This document shows, in pieces, positions 1 through 9,946 of a stretch of DNA of 64,000 nucleotides. This DNA comes from an uncultured cyanobacterium (GTDB lineage Bacteria > Cyanobacteriota > Cyanobacteriia > PCC-9006 > JAAUQQ01). The number at the start of each line of letters is the position of its first letter. Positions within the stretch are counted from its first letter, which is position 1. The notes beneath the pieces were generated by a model that ran no database searches, was not told the DNA's origin, and worked only from the letters and a program-made list of their open reading frames with translations. The position numbers and the translations under genes are program-made. Where the stretch lies: positions 5,728,001 through 5,792,000 of the forward strand of contig OY970368.1 in assembly GCA_963718615.1 (NCBI GenBank), given 5' to 3'.

Positions 1-2
1 CG

Positions 3-2729
3 GGGGCGACAGGGACGGGGGGGGATTTGGTGATTCGGGCGCGGGAGGTGGTGGTACAGGATGGGGCGCAGTTGAGTGCGAGTACGTTTGGTACAGGGGA
101 TGCGGGGAATGTGGAGATTACGGCGGGCGATCGCGTCCTCTTCCAAGACGGTTTTGCCTTCAGCAGTGTGGCAACAGGCGGGGAGGGCAAGGGCGGCAAT
201 GTCGTGATTGACGCTCCCGTTCTGGAGGTACTCGATGGCGCTGCACTGGTTGCTAGTACCCGTGGCACAGGGGATGCGGGGAATGTGCAGATTACGGCGG
301 GCGATCGCGTCCTCTTCCAAGATGGTAATGCCTTCAGCAGTGTGGCAACAGGCGGGGAGGGCAAGGGCGGCAATATCGTGATTGCCGCTCCCGTTCTGGA
401 GGTGCGCGATGGGGCTCAACTGATTGCTAGCACTGATGGCAAGGGGGATGCGGGGAATGTGCTGATTACGGCGAGCGAGCGCATCCTCTTCCAAGATGGT
501 GATGCCTTCAGCCGTGTGGAAGCAGGCGGGGAGGGAAAGGGCGGCAATGTCGTGATTGACGCTCCCGTTCTGGAGGTGCGCGATGGGGCTGCACTGGTTG
601 CTAACACCGAAGGCACAGGGGATGCGGGGAATGTGCTGATTACGGCGAGCGATCGCGTCCTCTTCCAAGGAACAAATAGTCAATTTCCTAGTGCTGCCTT
701 CAGCAGTGTGGAAGCAGGCGGGGAGGGAAATGGTGGAAATGTGGTGATTGAGGCTCCCGTGCTGGAGGTGCGCGATGGCGCTCAACTGATTGCTAGCACT
801 GATGGCAAGGGGGATGCGGGGAATGTGCTGATTACGGCGAGCGAGCGCGTCCTCTTCCAAGATGGTAATGCCTTCAGCAGTGTGGCAACAGGCGGGGAGG
901 GCAAGGGCGGCAATATCGTGATTGCCGCTCCCGTTCTGGAGGTGCGCGATGGGGCTCAACTGATTGCTAGCACTGATGGCAAGGGGGATGCGGGGAATGT
1001 GCTGATTACGGCGAGCGAGCGCATCCTCTTCCAAGATGGTGATGCCTTCAGCCGTGTGGAAGCAGGCGGGGAGGGAAAGGGCGGCAATGTCGTGATTGAC
1101 GCTCCCGTTCTGGAGGTGCGCGATGGGGCTGCACTGGTTGCTAACACCGAAGGCACAGGGGATGCGGGGAATGTGCTGATTACGGCGAGCGATCGCGTCC
1201 TCTTCCAAGATGGTAATGCCTTCAGCAGTGTGGCAGCAGGCGGGGAGGGGAAGGGCGGCAATGTCGTGATTGACGCTCCCGTTCTGGAGGTACTTGATGG
1301 CGCTCAACTGCTTGCTAACACCCGTGGCACAGGGGATGCGGGGAATGTGCAGATTACGGCGGGCGAGCGCGTCCTCTTCCAAAATGGTTTTGCCTTCAGC
1401 AGTGTGGCAACAGGCGGGGAGGGCCAGGGGGGCAATGTTGTGATTGACGCTCCCGTTCTGGAGGTACTCGATGGCGCTCAATTGGTTGCTGGCACCAGTG
1501 GTACAGGAGATGCGGGGAATGTGCTGATTACGGCGGGCGATCGCGTTCTCCTCAACGGCACCAACCCCACCAACGGACGCTCCAGTGCAATTCTCACCAG
1601 TAACGGGACTCCCACAGTTAATGCAGGGACTGGAACCGGAGGCAATATCTCCATTTCGGCCCCCCAACTCCAGGTCAGCAATGGAGCTGTTTTGAATGCT
1701 AAAACCGTCAACGACCAATCCGGCGGAGACATCACCCTCAACCTCGCCACCCTCAACCTCCTCAGCGGTGGCCAAATCCTCACCACCAGCGACAGCACCG
1801 GCCCCGCAGGCACCGTCACCCTCAACGCCACCGACAACATCCGTATCTCCGGCACCGACCCCACCTACACCGCCCGCCGCGCTGAATTTGGTACTGCCGT
1901 CGCCCCCGTCACAGAAAACAGTGGCATCTACATCCGCTCCACCGCCAACGGCCCCGCCGGAAACCTCATCCTCAACAGCCCCCAACTCCGCCTCAGCGAC
2001 AACGGCCAAATCATCGCCGACTCCGACACCGCAACCGGCGGCAACCTCAGCTTCAACCTCAACCAAGCCCTTCTCCTCGAAGGAAATAGCCTAATCTCCG
2101 CCACCGCAGGCCGCAACCAAGGTGCAGGCGACGGCGGCAACATCAACATCATATCTTCCTTCGTCATCGGTTTACCCAACAACAACAGCGACATCATCGC
2201 CAACGCCTTCAGCGGCAGCGGCGGCAACATCACCATCAACGCCAACGCCATCCTCAACTTCCAGTTGCAAGACGAACCCAACATCGATATCCTCCGCACC
2301 AACCGCACCAACGACATCAGCGCCAGCTCCCAATTCGGCACCAACGGCATCCTCACCCTCAGCGGCCTCAACACCGACCCCAGCCAAGGCACCACCCAGC
2401 TCCCCACCAGCCCCACCGACCCCAGCAACCAAATCGATCGCTCCTGCGACCCCCAAACCACCCGCACCAACCGCTTCATCATCACCGGACGCGGCGGCAT
2501 TCCCCTCAGCCCCGACGAACCTTATCCTGACATCCTCATCCCCGCCTGGGTGCTCCTCCCCAACACCCCATCCCCTCAACACCGCTCCTCCCCAATCTCT
2601 TCTACTTCTCCTCTCGAAGCTGAAAACTGGCATCGTGATACCCGTGGAAATGTTGTTTTGACTACCCAGAGTAAACAGCGATCGCTCTCCTCTCCTCAGT
2701 TTCACCATGCGAATTGTGTTAAGGAATAA
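3..2729 (+). CDS. Filamentous haemagglutinin-like beta-helical exoprotein (5' end outside window)
   Basis: Frame is open from base 3. It has repeated GDAGNV.ITA/GGNVVI.AP.LEV.DGA beta-helix units and the cyanobacterial FHA-family C-terminus (NSDIIANAF.G.GGNI, NDISAS, F.ITGRGG.P..P, EA..W). Confidence 0.9.
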   Translation, partial: GATGTGGDLVIRAREVVVQDGAQLSASTFGTGDAGNVEITAGDRVLFQDGFAFSSVATGGEGKGGNVVIDAPVLEVLDGAALVASTRGTGDAGNVQITAGDRVLFQDGNAFSSVATGGEGKGGNIVIAAPVLEVRDGAQLIASTDGKGDAGNVLITASERILFQDGDAFSRVEAGGEGKGGNVVIDAPVLEVRDGAALVANTEGTGDAGNVLITASDRVLFQGTNSQFPSAAFSSVEAGGEGNGGNVVIEAPVLEVRDGAQLIASTDGKGDAGNVLITASERVLFQDGNAFSSVATGGEGKGGNIVIAAPVLEVRDGAQLIASTDGKGDAGNVLITASERILFQDGDAFSRVEAGGEGKGGNVVIDAPVLEVRDGAALVANTEGTGDAGNVLITASDRVLFQDGNAFSSVAAGGEGKGGNVVIDAPVLEVLDGAQLLANTRGTGDAGNVQITAGERVLFQNGFAFSSVATGGEGQGGNVVIDAPVLEVLDGAQLVAGTSGTGDAGNVLITAGDRVLLNGTNPTNGRSSAILTSNGTPTVNAGTGTGGNISISAPQLQVSNGAVLNAKTVNDQSGGDITLNLATLNLLSGGQILTTSDSTGPAGTVTLNATDNIRISGTDPTYTARRAEFGTAVAPVTENSGIYIRSTANGPAGNLILNSPQLRLSDNGQIIADSDTATGGNLSFNLNQALLLEGNSLISATAGRNQGAGDGGNINIISSFVIGLPNNNSDIIANAFSGSGGNITINANAILNFQLQDEPNIDILRTNRTNDISASSQFGTNGILTLSGLNTDPSQGTTQLPTSPTDPSNQIDRSCDPQTTRTNRFIITGRGGIPLSPDEPYPDILIPAWVLLPNTPSPQHRSSPISSTSPLEAENWHRDTRGNVVLTTQSKQRSLSSPQFHHANCVKE
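95..1550 (+). repeat. Intragenic tandem repeats of ~174 bp (58 aa), including an exact 364-bp duplication
   Basis: GG(G/A)GATGCGGGGAATGTG recurs at ~95, 269, 444, 617, 809, 984, 1157, 1331 and 1505. Bases 306-669 are identical to 846-1209. Confidence 0.92.
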
Positions 2730-2820
2730 ACGTTCACACCCAATGTAGCTAAAGTACACAATACATGGGACTTTCTACGGTATTCTTACCAAGAGAGTCT
2801 GTGTTGAGGAAGTCATTAGA

Positions 2821-5800
2821 ATGGCTAGATCTTGGGGATCGAAAACCGTATTTTATTCTGTTGGAATATTAAGCCTGTTTCTAGGGAAGATATCACCAAG
2901 CTTTAGTCAATCGATCGTGCCTGATACAACACTAGGTGCTGAATCATCACAAGTCCTACCCGGTCTTGCAGGCATTAGCGAGATTCAAGGGGGTGCAACA
3001 CGAGGTAGTCAATTATTTCATAGCTTTGACACATTTGGAATTCCAGCAGGAGAAACAGGTTACTTCATCATCGATAATCCATCGATTCAAAATGTACTAG
3101 CACGGGTCACAGGAAGTCAAATATCAGAAATTCTTGGAACATTAGGCACTCGATCGCCAAACGCTTTACAGCCTGCAAATGTAAACTTATTTTTAATGAA
3201 CCCCAATGGAATTGTTTTTGGACCTAATGCTAGGCTAGACATAGGAAAGTCCTTTGCAGCAACCACAGCAAATCAAATTCAATTTGAAAACCAGGGATTC
3301 TTTAGCACTACTCAAACCCCTATCTCACCCTTATTGACCGTTCAGCCTAACGCCTTTATCTTCACACAATCTAACCCCGCTAAAATTCAGATCCAATCAG
3401 GAGCAATTAGCCTGCTGGGTGAACCTAGTGGTCTTATCGTGAAAAATGGTCAACATTTACTATTTGCTGGAGGCGAGATTGAACTAGACAATGGGGTTTT
3501 GATTGCGAAAAATGGAAGGATTGATCTAGCAGCGATCGCAGAACCCGGTCTTGTCCAGTTGAATTTTGCCAATACCCTCTTCCAGCTTGGCCCCCTGGGC
3601 AATCTTGCTAGAGGCAATATTACTCTCGCAAATCAGTCGGGTCTCAATGTTTCAGGCGATCAAGGAGGCGATATCGCTATTCAAGCTAGAGATGTTCGAA
3701 TCTCTGGTGGTAGCATTCTCAATAGCGGTATTGAACAACCCAATCTACTCAACCTTTTTGGAGGGGGCAATATCAATCAGTCTGGTGACATTACAATCGA
3801 AGCAACTGGAAAAGTACAGGTTGTAGAGGGAAGCACGATCGCCAATGGGACTCTTTTTCAGGGAAATGGAGGACAAATTACAATTTCGGGTCAAACTGTA
3901 GAAATATTGAGTGGTGCGAATATCGGTGCAGTGGGCAATGGAACTGGTAACACTGGTGATATCGTGATTGAAGCTCAAGAATCGATCGCATTAGCAGGAC
4001 AAAATGAGATGGGACCCGCCGGGGGCTTGCTACCAGGTCTTGATATCTTATTCCCATTGATTAAAATTTTGTTGCCTGATCTCCTTGGCAATAACCCGAG
4101 TGCGATCGTTAACTATGTATCCCCACTGTCTTTGTTTAACGGGTTGGGAAATCCTGCGGCACCCACAGCCGGAAATGTTCGTCTTCGTGCCCCCCAAATC
4201 AGCTTACGAGACGGTGGCGTAGGTACACCTAATCTAGCAGGAGGAGGAGATACTGGAAATATTGAAATATTTACAAATTTTTTAGAGGTTACCGATGGCG
4301 CTCGACTTATTTCTAGCACCAACGGCCCAAGCGACGCAGGGGATATTCGCATTGCCCCCTTTGATACCTCTCAAATTAGGAGCGATCGCCAAGTCAGATT
4401 TGATGGAAAAGGCGTTGTTGTGACAACGAGCGTCAACAGCGAAGGCATTGGACGGGGTGGCGATCTCACCATTACAACAGATCAATTATCCATCATCAAT
4501 GGTGCTCAGCTTCAGGCCTCAACGCTAGGGACGGGTGACGCTGGTAGCATTCGCATTACAGCCAGTGACTCTGTAAGTTTAAATAATGAAGCCGTTCTGC
4601 TCAGTGATATTGCGCCTTCTGGCATTGGCTCAGGCGGCGATATCGTCATCAATACACGTGACTTTGAGATGCAAAATGGTTCAGTTCTTCGATCTAGCAC
4701 TTTTGGCCAAGGTGATGCTGGAACTGTGCAAATCACAACGACGGGTCGCTTCCTTCTAGCGGGAGAAAGTGCCATTTTTAGTGATGTTAGGACAACGGGA
4801 GTTGGTAATGCTGGAAGCATTACCCTCAATGCCGATCAGTTAACCATTCAAGATAATGCTCAAGTGGTTACAGAAACCCAGGGATTAGGCAATGCAGGTA
4901 ATGTATTCGTCGTAGCAGACAATGCACTCTTGCAAAATCGGGGTTCTATTTTTAGTGGGGTGCGTACAGGCGGGGTTGGCAACGGAGGAGCTATCCGCGT
5001 TAATACAGCTCAGTTAACCATAGTAGAGGGTGCTCAGATTGCAACCGCAACAGAAGGCGTTGGAGATGCAGGCTCCGTGACGTTTGCTGCGAGCGATCGC
5101 ATTCTTATCAGTGGTACAACAACGAGCACAGGACGCTCCAGCGCTATTTTTACCAACAACGGAACGCCCACGGTCAGTCGTGGAACAGGTCGAGGTGGCG
5201 AAATTCGCATCACGACACCGCAACTAATCGTTCGCCAGGGAGCAGTGATCAATGCGCAAACGGTGAATGCTCAACCGGGAGGTAATATTATTCTAACTCT
5301 CGATAACCTGCAACTGCTCAATGGTGGGCAAATTTTGAGTACCAGCGATGGAGATGGACCGTCAGGCAATGTTCAGATCAACGCGACTCAAGGGCTTGTA
5401 TTAGCATCTCCCGATCCTAACTACCTAGAACGTCGTACTCTATTTGGAACAGCCGTTGCTCCCCTAACCGACAATAGTGGGATCTATATCCGCGCTACCG
5501 GCAAAGGATTTGCAGGAGATCTAATCATTGGAGATACATTACGAGGAGGAACGCCGTCTTTACGATTGAGTAATCGTGCAGAGATCATTGCTGATTCTAA
5601 TGAGGCTGCTGGAGGGAATATTACGCTGAATCTCTATGAGTCATTACTGATGAGTAACAATAGCTTTATCGGTGCTTCGGCAGGACGTGCCCAAGGCGCA
5701 GGTAATGGCGGTAGCATTGTAATTAATTCTCCGTTTGTGTTCTCATTGCCAGGAGAGAATAACGACATTATCGCCAATGCTTTTAGTGGCACAGGCGGCG

Positions 5801-6309
5801 AAATTATCATCGATGCCCAATCAATTCGTGGCTTTGAATTGCAAGATGAACCTGATGTTGAGCGCCTACGCGCGAATCAGACCAATGACATTACTGTCAA
5901 TTCTGAACAGGGAAGCTCTGGCACCCTAGAGTTAGAAGGTTTTAATGTCGATCCAAGTCGTGGTACATTCCAACTCCCCGTTGCCTTTAATGACCCCAGC
6001 AACCAAATCGATCGCTCCTGCGACCCCCAAACCACCCGCAACAACCGCTTCATCATCACCGGACGCGGCGGCATCCCCCTCAGCCCCGACGAATCCTACG
6101 CCATAACCCTCACCCCCAACTGGGTGTCCCTCTCCAACACCCCATTACCCCAACACCCCATTACCCCTCACACCTCCAACCACCCCCCCATCCAAGAAGC
6201 CACCCACTGGCACCGCACCTCCAAGGGCCATGTCCAACTCATCGCTAGTGCCCCCGTTCCCTCAGATGCATTCTTCAATTCCGACTGTCAGCACCTTTCC
6301 CAAAATTAG
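2821..6309 (+). CDS. Filamentous haemagglutinin N-terminal (TPS) domain exoprotein
   Basis: Signal peptide, then SIVPDTTLG, LFHSF and NLFLMNPNGIVFG (TPS-domain motifs), beta-helix repeats, and the same C-terminal module as the upstream paralog. Confidence 0.9.
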   Translation: MARSWGSKTVFYSVGILSLFLGKISPSFSQSIVPDTTLGAESSQVLPGLAGISEIQGGATRGSQLFHSFDTFGIPAGETGYFIIDNPSIQNVLARVTGSQISEILGTLGTRSPNALQPANVNLFLMNPNGIVFGPNARLDIGKSFAATTANQIQFENQGFFSTTQTPISPLLTVQPNAFIFTQSNPAKIQIQSGAISLLGEPSGLIVKNGQHLLFAGGEIELDNGVLIAKNGRIDLAAIAEPGLVQLNFANTLFQLGPLGNLARGNITLANQSGLNVSGDQGGDIAIQARDVRISGGSILNSGIEQPNLLNLFGGGNINQSGDITIEATGKVQVVEGSTIANGTLFQGNGGQITISGQTVEILSGANIGAVGNGTGNTGDIVIEAQESIALAGQNEMGPAGGLLPGLDILFPLIKILLPDLLGNNPSAIVNYVSPLSLFNGLGNPAAPTAGNVRLRAPQISLRDGGVGTPNLAGGGDTGNIEIFTNFLEVTDGARLISSTNGPSDAGDIRIAPFDTSQIRSDRQVRFDGKGVVVTTSVNSEGIGRGGDLTITTDQLSIINGAQLQASTLGTGDAGSIRITASDSVSLNNEAVLLSDIAPSGIGSGGDIVINTRDFEMQNGSVLRSSTFGQGDAGTVQITTTGRFLLAGESAIFSDVRTTGVGNAGSITLNADQLTIQDNAQVVTETQGLGNAGNVFVVADNALLQNRGSIFSGVRTGGVGNGGAIRVNTAQLTIVEGAQIATATEGVGDAGSVTFAASDRILISGTTTSTGRSSAIFTNNGTPTVSRGTGRGGEIRITTPQLIVRQGAVINAQTVNAQPGGNIILTLDNLQLLNGGQILSTSDGDGPSGNVQINATQGLVLASPDPNYLERRTLFGTAVAPLTDNSGIYIRATGKGFAGDLIIGDTLRGGTPSLRLSNRAEIIADSNEAAGGNITLNLYESLLMSNNSFIGASAGRAQGAGNGGSIVINSPFVFSLPGENNDIIANAFSGTGGEIIIDAQSIRGFELQDEPDVERLRANQTNDITVNSEQGSSGTLELEGFNVDPSRGTFQLPVAFNDPSNQIDRSCDPQTTRNNRFIITGRGGIPLSPDESYAITLTPNWVSLSNTPLPQHPITPHTSNHPPIQEATHWHRTSKGHVQLIASAPVPSDAFFNSDCQHLSQN

Positions 6310-6525
6310 CTCTCACTCACAAGCAGTCCGATGAGCAATCCTTACCCTTTGGGTCCTGGAGGCAAGGGCCAGACACTGGGTGTCTTTAGAAGATTTTGGA
6401 TGAGCTGCAAGTTGGTTGACAGACACTCGGTGTCTAGGAAAAAGTATCTCCTTTGAATGATGTCTTTGTCTTAGATGTCTTCGAAATTGAGGACAGCACT
6501 TCACGCCTAGCAAAAACGCTGTCCC

Positions 6526-8118
6526 ATGGAATCTAAAAGTTCAACTTCTCCCATCTCATCCCAGGTTGCCCCACCCTTTGGCGCTCCATCTTCCTATTGG
6601 ATCGAGTCGACAGAAACTACTCAGTTTCCTCAAGCTACGTCCGTGACCGTAGATGTGGCCATTGTCGGAGCGGGCATTGCTGGCATCACAGCAGCGAAGG
6701 TCCTAAAAGAGGCTGGAAAAACCGTCGCATTGATTGAAGCAGGAGAGGTGGCCTGTGGTTCGACGGGGGGAACAACTGCAAAGATCACATCGCTTCATCG
6801 GACCATTTACAACCAGCTCATCGACAGTAAGGGTGAAGAAAAGGCCAAACTTTACGGCCAAGCGGCTGAAGGGGCGATCGCCCAAATCGTTAAATGGATT
6901 GAGGAAGAACAGATCGACTGTGATTTTAGTCGGCAAAATGCTTATACATTTGCCCTTACCGAGAAGGACATTGATCAGGTCAAAAAGGAAGTAGAAGCGG
7001 CACAAAGGCTTGGGCTCCCGGCTCAATTTGTCACCCAAACATCACTACCATTTGCGATCGCTGGTGCAGTCGAGTTTTCTAACCAGGCACAGTTCCATGT
7101 CCGAAAATACATGCTCCATCTTGTCAAAAAAATTCCTGGAGAAGGGAGTTATTTATTTGAGCATACGCGCGTTACAGATGTAAAAGAAGAGAAGTCTGCT
7201 TGTCGCGTCTTGACCGAACAGGGAGAGATTCAAGCGAGTGATGTTCTGGTTACGACTAATTTACCAATATTAGATATTGGTCTCTTTTTTGCCAAATCTT
7301 TTCCTCAACGTTCGTACATTATCGCTGCTCCGATCGCGCCTGAAGCAGCCCCCCAGGGGATGTTTATCGGAGTGGGTACGGAGACTCATTCTATTCGTAC
7401 AACGCCCTACAAGGATGGTAAGTTGCTGCTTCTAGTAGGAGGTGAAGGTCACAAAGTGGGAGAAAAGAGCGAAACTGAAACTTGCTATCGTAATTTAGAA
7501 GACTATGCCCAACGGCACTTTGAAGTTGACGAGATTGCCTATCGTTGGTCCAATCAAGATGTTGTTTCCTTTGACAAAGTCCCCTTTGTTGGACCCCTCA
7601 CTCCTACCAGTCAACACATTTATGTTGCGACCGGATTTAACCTTTGGGGAATGACCAATGGTACGTCAGCGGGAATGGTTTTAGCGGATTTAGTTTTAGC
7701 GCAAGACAATCCCTATACAGAGCTCTACGACTCGCTGCGGGTTGATCCTATAGCTAGCACAGCATCACTGAAGCAAAACCTAGATGTCGGACGCCATTGG
7801 GTGGGCGATCGCCTCAAGGGTCTCACCCAATTTTCTTTCGATAGTGTTAAACCTGGCAACGGTAAAATCATTACCCACAAAGGGGAGAAGGTTGCAGCCT
7901 ATCGGGATGAAGCAGGGGCCATTCATGCATGTTCCGCTGTATGTTCTCACCTGGGCTGCATCGTTAACTGGAACAGTGCGGAGCAAAGTTGGGATTGTCC
8001 TTGCCATGGCGCACGCTTTAATGCGGATGGCAAAGTTATGTGTGCCCCTGCCGTTCATGACCTAGAACCCGTGAGTCTATTGGCTACAGAATTTCAAGCA
8101 CTTGATCAGGGAGATTGA
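6526..8118 (+). CDS. FAD-dependent oxidoreductase with C-terminal Rieske [2Fe-2S] domain (YhfW-like)
   Basis: DVAIVGAGIAG Rossmann motif; Rieske ligands CSHLGC and WDCPCHG. Confidence 0.9.
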   Translation: MESKSSTSPISSQVAPPFGAPSSYWIESTETTQFPQATSVTVDVAIVGAGIAGITAAKVLKEAGKTVALIEAGEVACGSTGGTTAKITSLHRTIYNQLIDSKGEEKAKLYGQAAEGAIAQIVKWIEEEQIDCDFSRQNAYTFALTEKDIDQVKKEVEAAQRLGLPAQFVTQTSLPFAIAGAVEFSNQAQFHVRKYMLHLVKKIPGEGSYLFEHTRVTDVKEEKSACRVLTEQGEIQASDVLVTTNLPILDIGLFFAKSFPQRSYIIAAPIAPEAAPQGMFIGVGTETHSIRTTPYKDGKLLLLVGGEGHKVGEKSETETCYRNLEDYAQRHFEVDEIAYRWSNQDVVSFDKVPFVGPLTPTSQHIYVATGFNLWGMTNGTSAGMVLADLVLAQDNPYTELYDSLRVDPIASTASLKQNLDVGRHWVGDRLKGLTQFSFDSVKPGNGKIITHKGEKVAAYRDEAGAIHACSAVCSHLGCIVNWNSAEQSWDCPCHGARFNADGKVMCAPAVHDLEPVSLLATEFQALDQGD

Positions 8119-8360
8119 TGAGCTGTATCACTTTTTCATAGATCTCCTCGGCTGTACCAGTCCCACCTAAACTTTGTAGAGCCTAAATTGTGGGCGGAAG
8201 CATTGAGTCAAAGGTTGGAACGGAGGATGCAGATCGCTTCATGTCCAAATTTTTAAGTCGATTTACAAAAATACTGCTCCATCAAGTAGAAATCGTCACT
8301 CAATATCTATGGCTATTTTGCGATCGCTCATCCTTCAGGCTCAAGTATCTCACCTTTAGC

Positions 8361-8846
8361 TTAACCAAAAAGAAATGGTTTGACCGAAGGAATCATTCGA
8401 GCCAATTCAGTTTCGTTATGCTTGAGCAGATCATGCTTCCATAACGCATCTGTATTATCAGAGCAATCAGTTGAAAGAGTCTCCCCAATTTCTTCAAAGC
8501 TCTTTCTAAGGATGCTCCTCAATTCTTCTGGTTCAGATAGCACTCCAAGCACAAATACTCTATTCTTTAAGTCTTCTGGAATCTCTTCCCATACATAATC
8601 AAATCGATTTTCAACTTCATCAAAATCAACCAATAATACAATCATTCTGTCTGCATATTGCCGCATTGTAGGTGCAAAATCACTCACAAACCTATCTACT
8701 ACTGTTTTCCAACCACGGACGAATGGTAAAACTTGAATCGAACGTTCATTAAGCCTAGAATTAAGCAGAAACCCGTTTGCTATCTCTGAATTGGCGCGAT
8801 CTTCAGGTAATACGAGGATATGTGGTTGATACTTATTAACACTCAT
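8361..8846 (-). CDS. Putative TOPRIM-like partner of the upstream ABC-ATPase
   Basis: 161 aa with an ATGA overlap to the upstream gene. LVLPED (Glu after a beta-strand) and VLLVDFD (DxD) resemble TOPRIM catalytic motifs. The ORF is secure; the function is inferred. Confidence 0.65.
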   Translation of the reverse strand: MSVNKYQPHILVLPEDRANSEIANGFLLNSRLNERSIQVLPFVRGWKTVVDRFVSDFAPTMRQYADRMIVLLVDFDEVENRFDYVWEEIPEDLKNRVFVLGVLSEPEELRSILRKSFEEIGETLSTDCSDNTDALWKHDLLKHNETELARMIPSVKPFLFG

Positions 8847-9946
8847 AATTCTGTGTCACCAAGAATTAAGCTGTCTATCAGATCGCCTGTAATAGATATT
8901 TCACTTAGTGATCTGATTAAAGTTGGTTCTAGATGGCTTTTCCGATCAAGTATAAATGTATTTTCACTTGAAAACTTTCGGATTGCTTCCTCATTGTGTG
9001 AGGTCGCTAAAATCTGACCCCTATTCTTAAATGAGCGTCGTAATGACATAACGAAATGCCCAACCTCTGACAAAGAAAGGTAATTGTCAGGCTCATCCCA
9101 GAAGCAAAAAAGTGGCCCATAATATTTGTTGGCAGCTAAGACAATGGCACAAAGAAAGAAGCACTTCTCTCCATCAGATAAGTCTGTAAAGTCAACATTC
9201 AGGTTCATGTTATTCTTTTCAAACCTAACAACCATGCTTTTGAAGTCTTTACCAATCAATTCATTTTGAATATCGCTAATATCCGGCATTACTGCCTGGA
9301 GGTATTTATCAATCTCTTTATAAGCGGCAGGATATCGGCTGAGCAATCCAGAAAACCATTCTCCAAAGTTAGAACCGTCTCGCTTTGGCTCCAAAGTTTC
9401 ACCGTTAGAGTCTCCAGCTATCAAACTCGGAATCGGGGCTAAGATGATCATGCGTGCAAGCCAAGTCCTGAAAATACGAAGCGGATCAGTTTCTGATTGC
9501 TCCTGAATTACTGGAAGAGCGATAAGATGCCAATCTACTAAAAATTGCGCTCCACGATTTCGTGAGGGAAGAGTGACTTGAGCTTCTTTTCTAGAGTAAA
9601 CTGGTTCTCCTGCAACTAACAGTTGTTCTTCAAATACTCGAAGTTCTCTAAAGTTTTCTGGCAGCTCCAGTGCAAGGATATATTTATACAACTTTTCTTG
9701 AAGCAATACCTCTATTTCAAATCGAATTGGAACATCAGATCTCCCAGGAGCAAAGTCCTTAGGCTGAATTAGTTGCCCCACTCTATTGACACCTCGACCA
9801 ATGCTCTGAAGTAACTCTAGCGCACTCGCAATTGTTGATTTACCTACACCATTTCTTCCAATTAAAAGTGCAGATGACATATCCTTGAGGGATAATTCAA
9901 AATTCTCCAAGCATCTGAAGTTATGCACATATAGCCTTTGGAGCAT
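8843..9946 (-). CDS. ABC/SMC-type ATPase (AAA_21/AAA_15-like)
   Basis: N-terminal LYVHNFRC, Walker A GRNGVGKS, signature LSDGE, Walker B FWDEPD, H-loop TSH. Confidence 0.88.
   Translation of the reverse strand: MLQRLYVHNFRCLENFELSLKDMSSALLIGRNGVGKSTIASALELLQSIGRGVNRVGQLIQPKDFAPGRSDVPIRFEIEVLLQEKLYKYILALELPENFRELRVFEEQLLVAGEPVYSRKEAQVTLPSRNRGAQFLVDWHLIALPVIQEQSETDPLRIFRTWLARMIILAPIPSLIAGDSNGETLEPKRDGSNFGEWFSGLLSRYPAAYKEIDKYLQAVMPDISDIQNELIGKDFKSMVVRFEKNNMNLNVDFTDLSDGEKCFFLCAIVLAANKYYGPLFCFWDEPDNYLSLSEVGHFVMSLRRSFKNRGQILATSHNEEAIRKFSSENTFILDRKSHLEPTLIRSLSEISITGDLIDSLILGDTEL

Noticed and set aside
2744-2758. NtcA site upstream of the second FHA-like gene
   Set aside because: The spacing is GTA-N7-TAC, not the canonical N8.
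416-2759. Long alternative-frame and antisense ORFs over the FHA gene (and similar ones over dnaK, GH57 and alaS)
   Set aside because: They are shadows of biased codon usage: low-complexity products with no motifs.
2418-6093. 102-bp repeat pair as a DGR template/variable region
   Set aside because: Only two mismatches, one of them T/C. Both copies are coding and there is no reverse transcriptase in the window.
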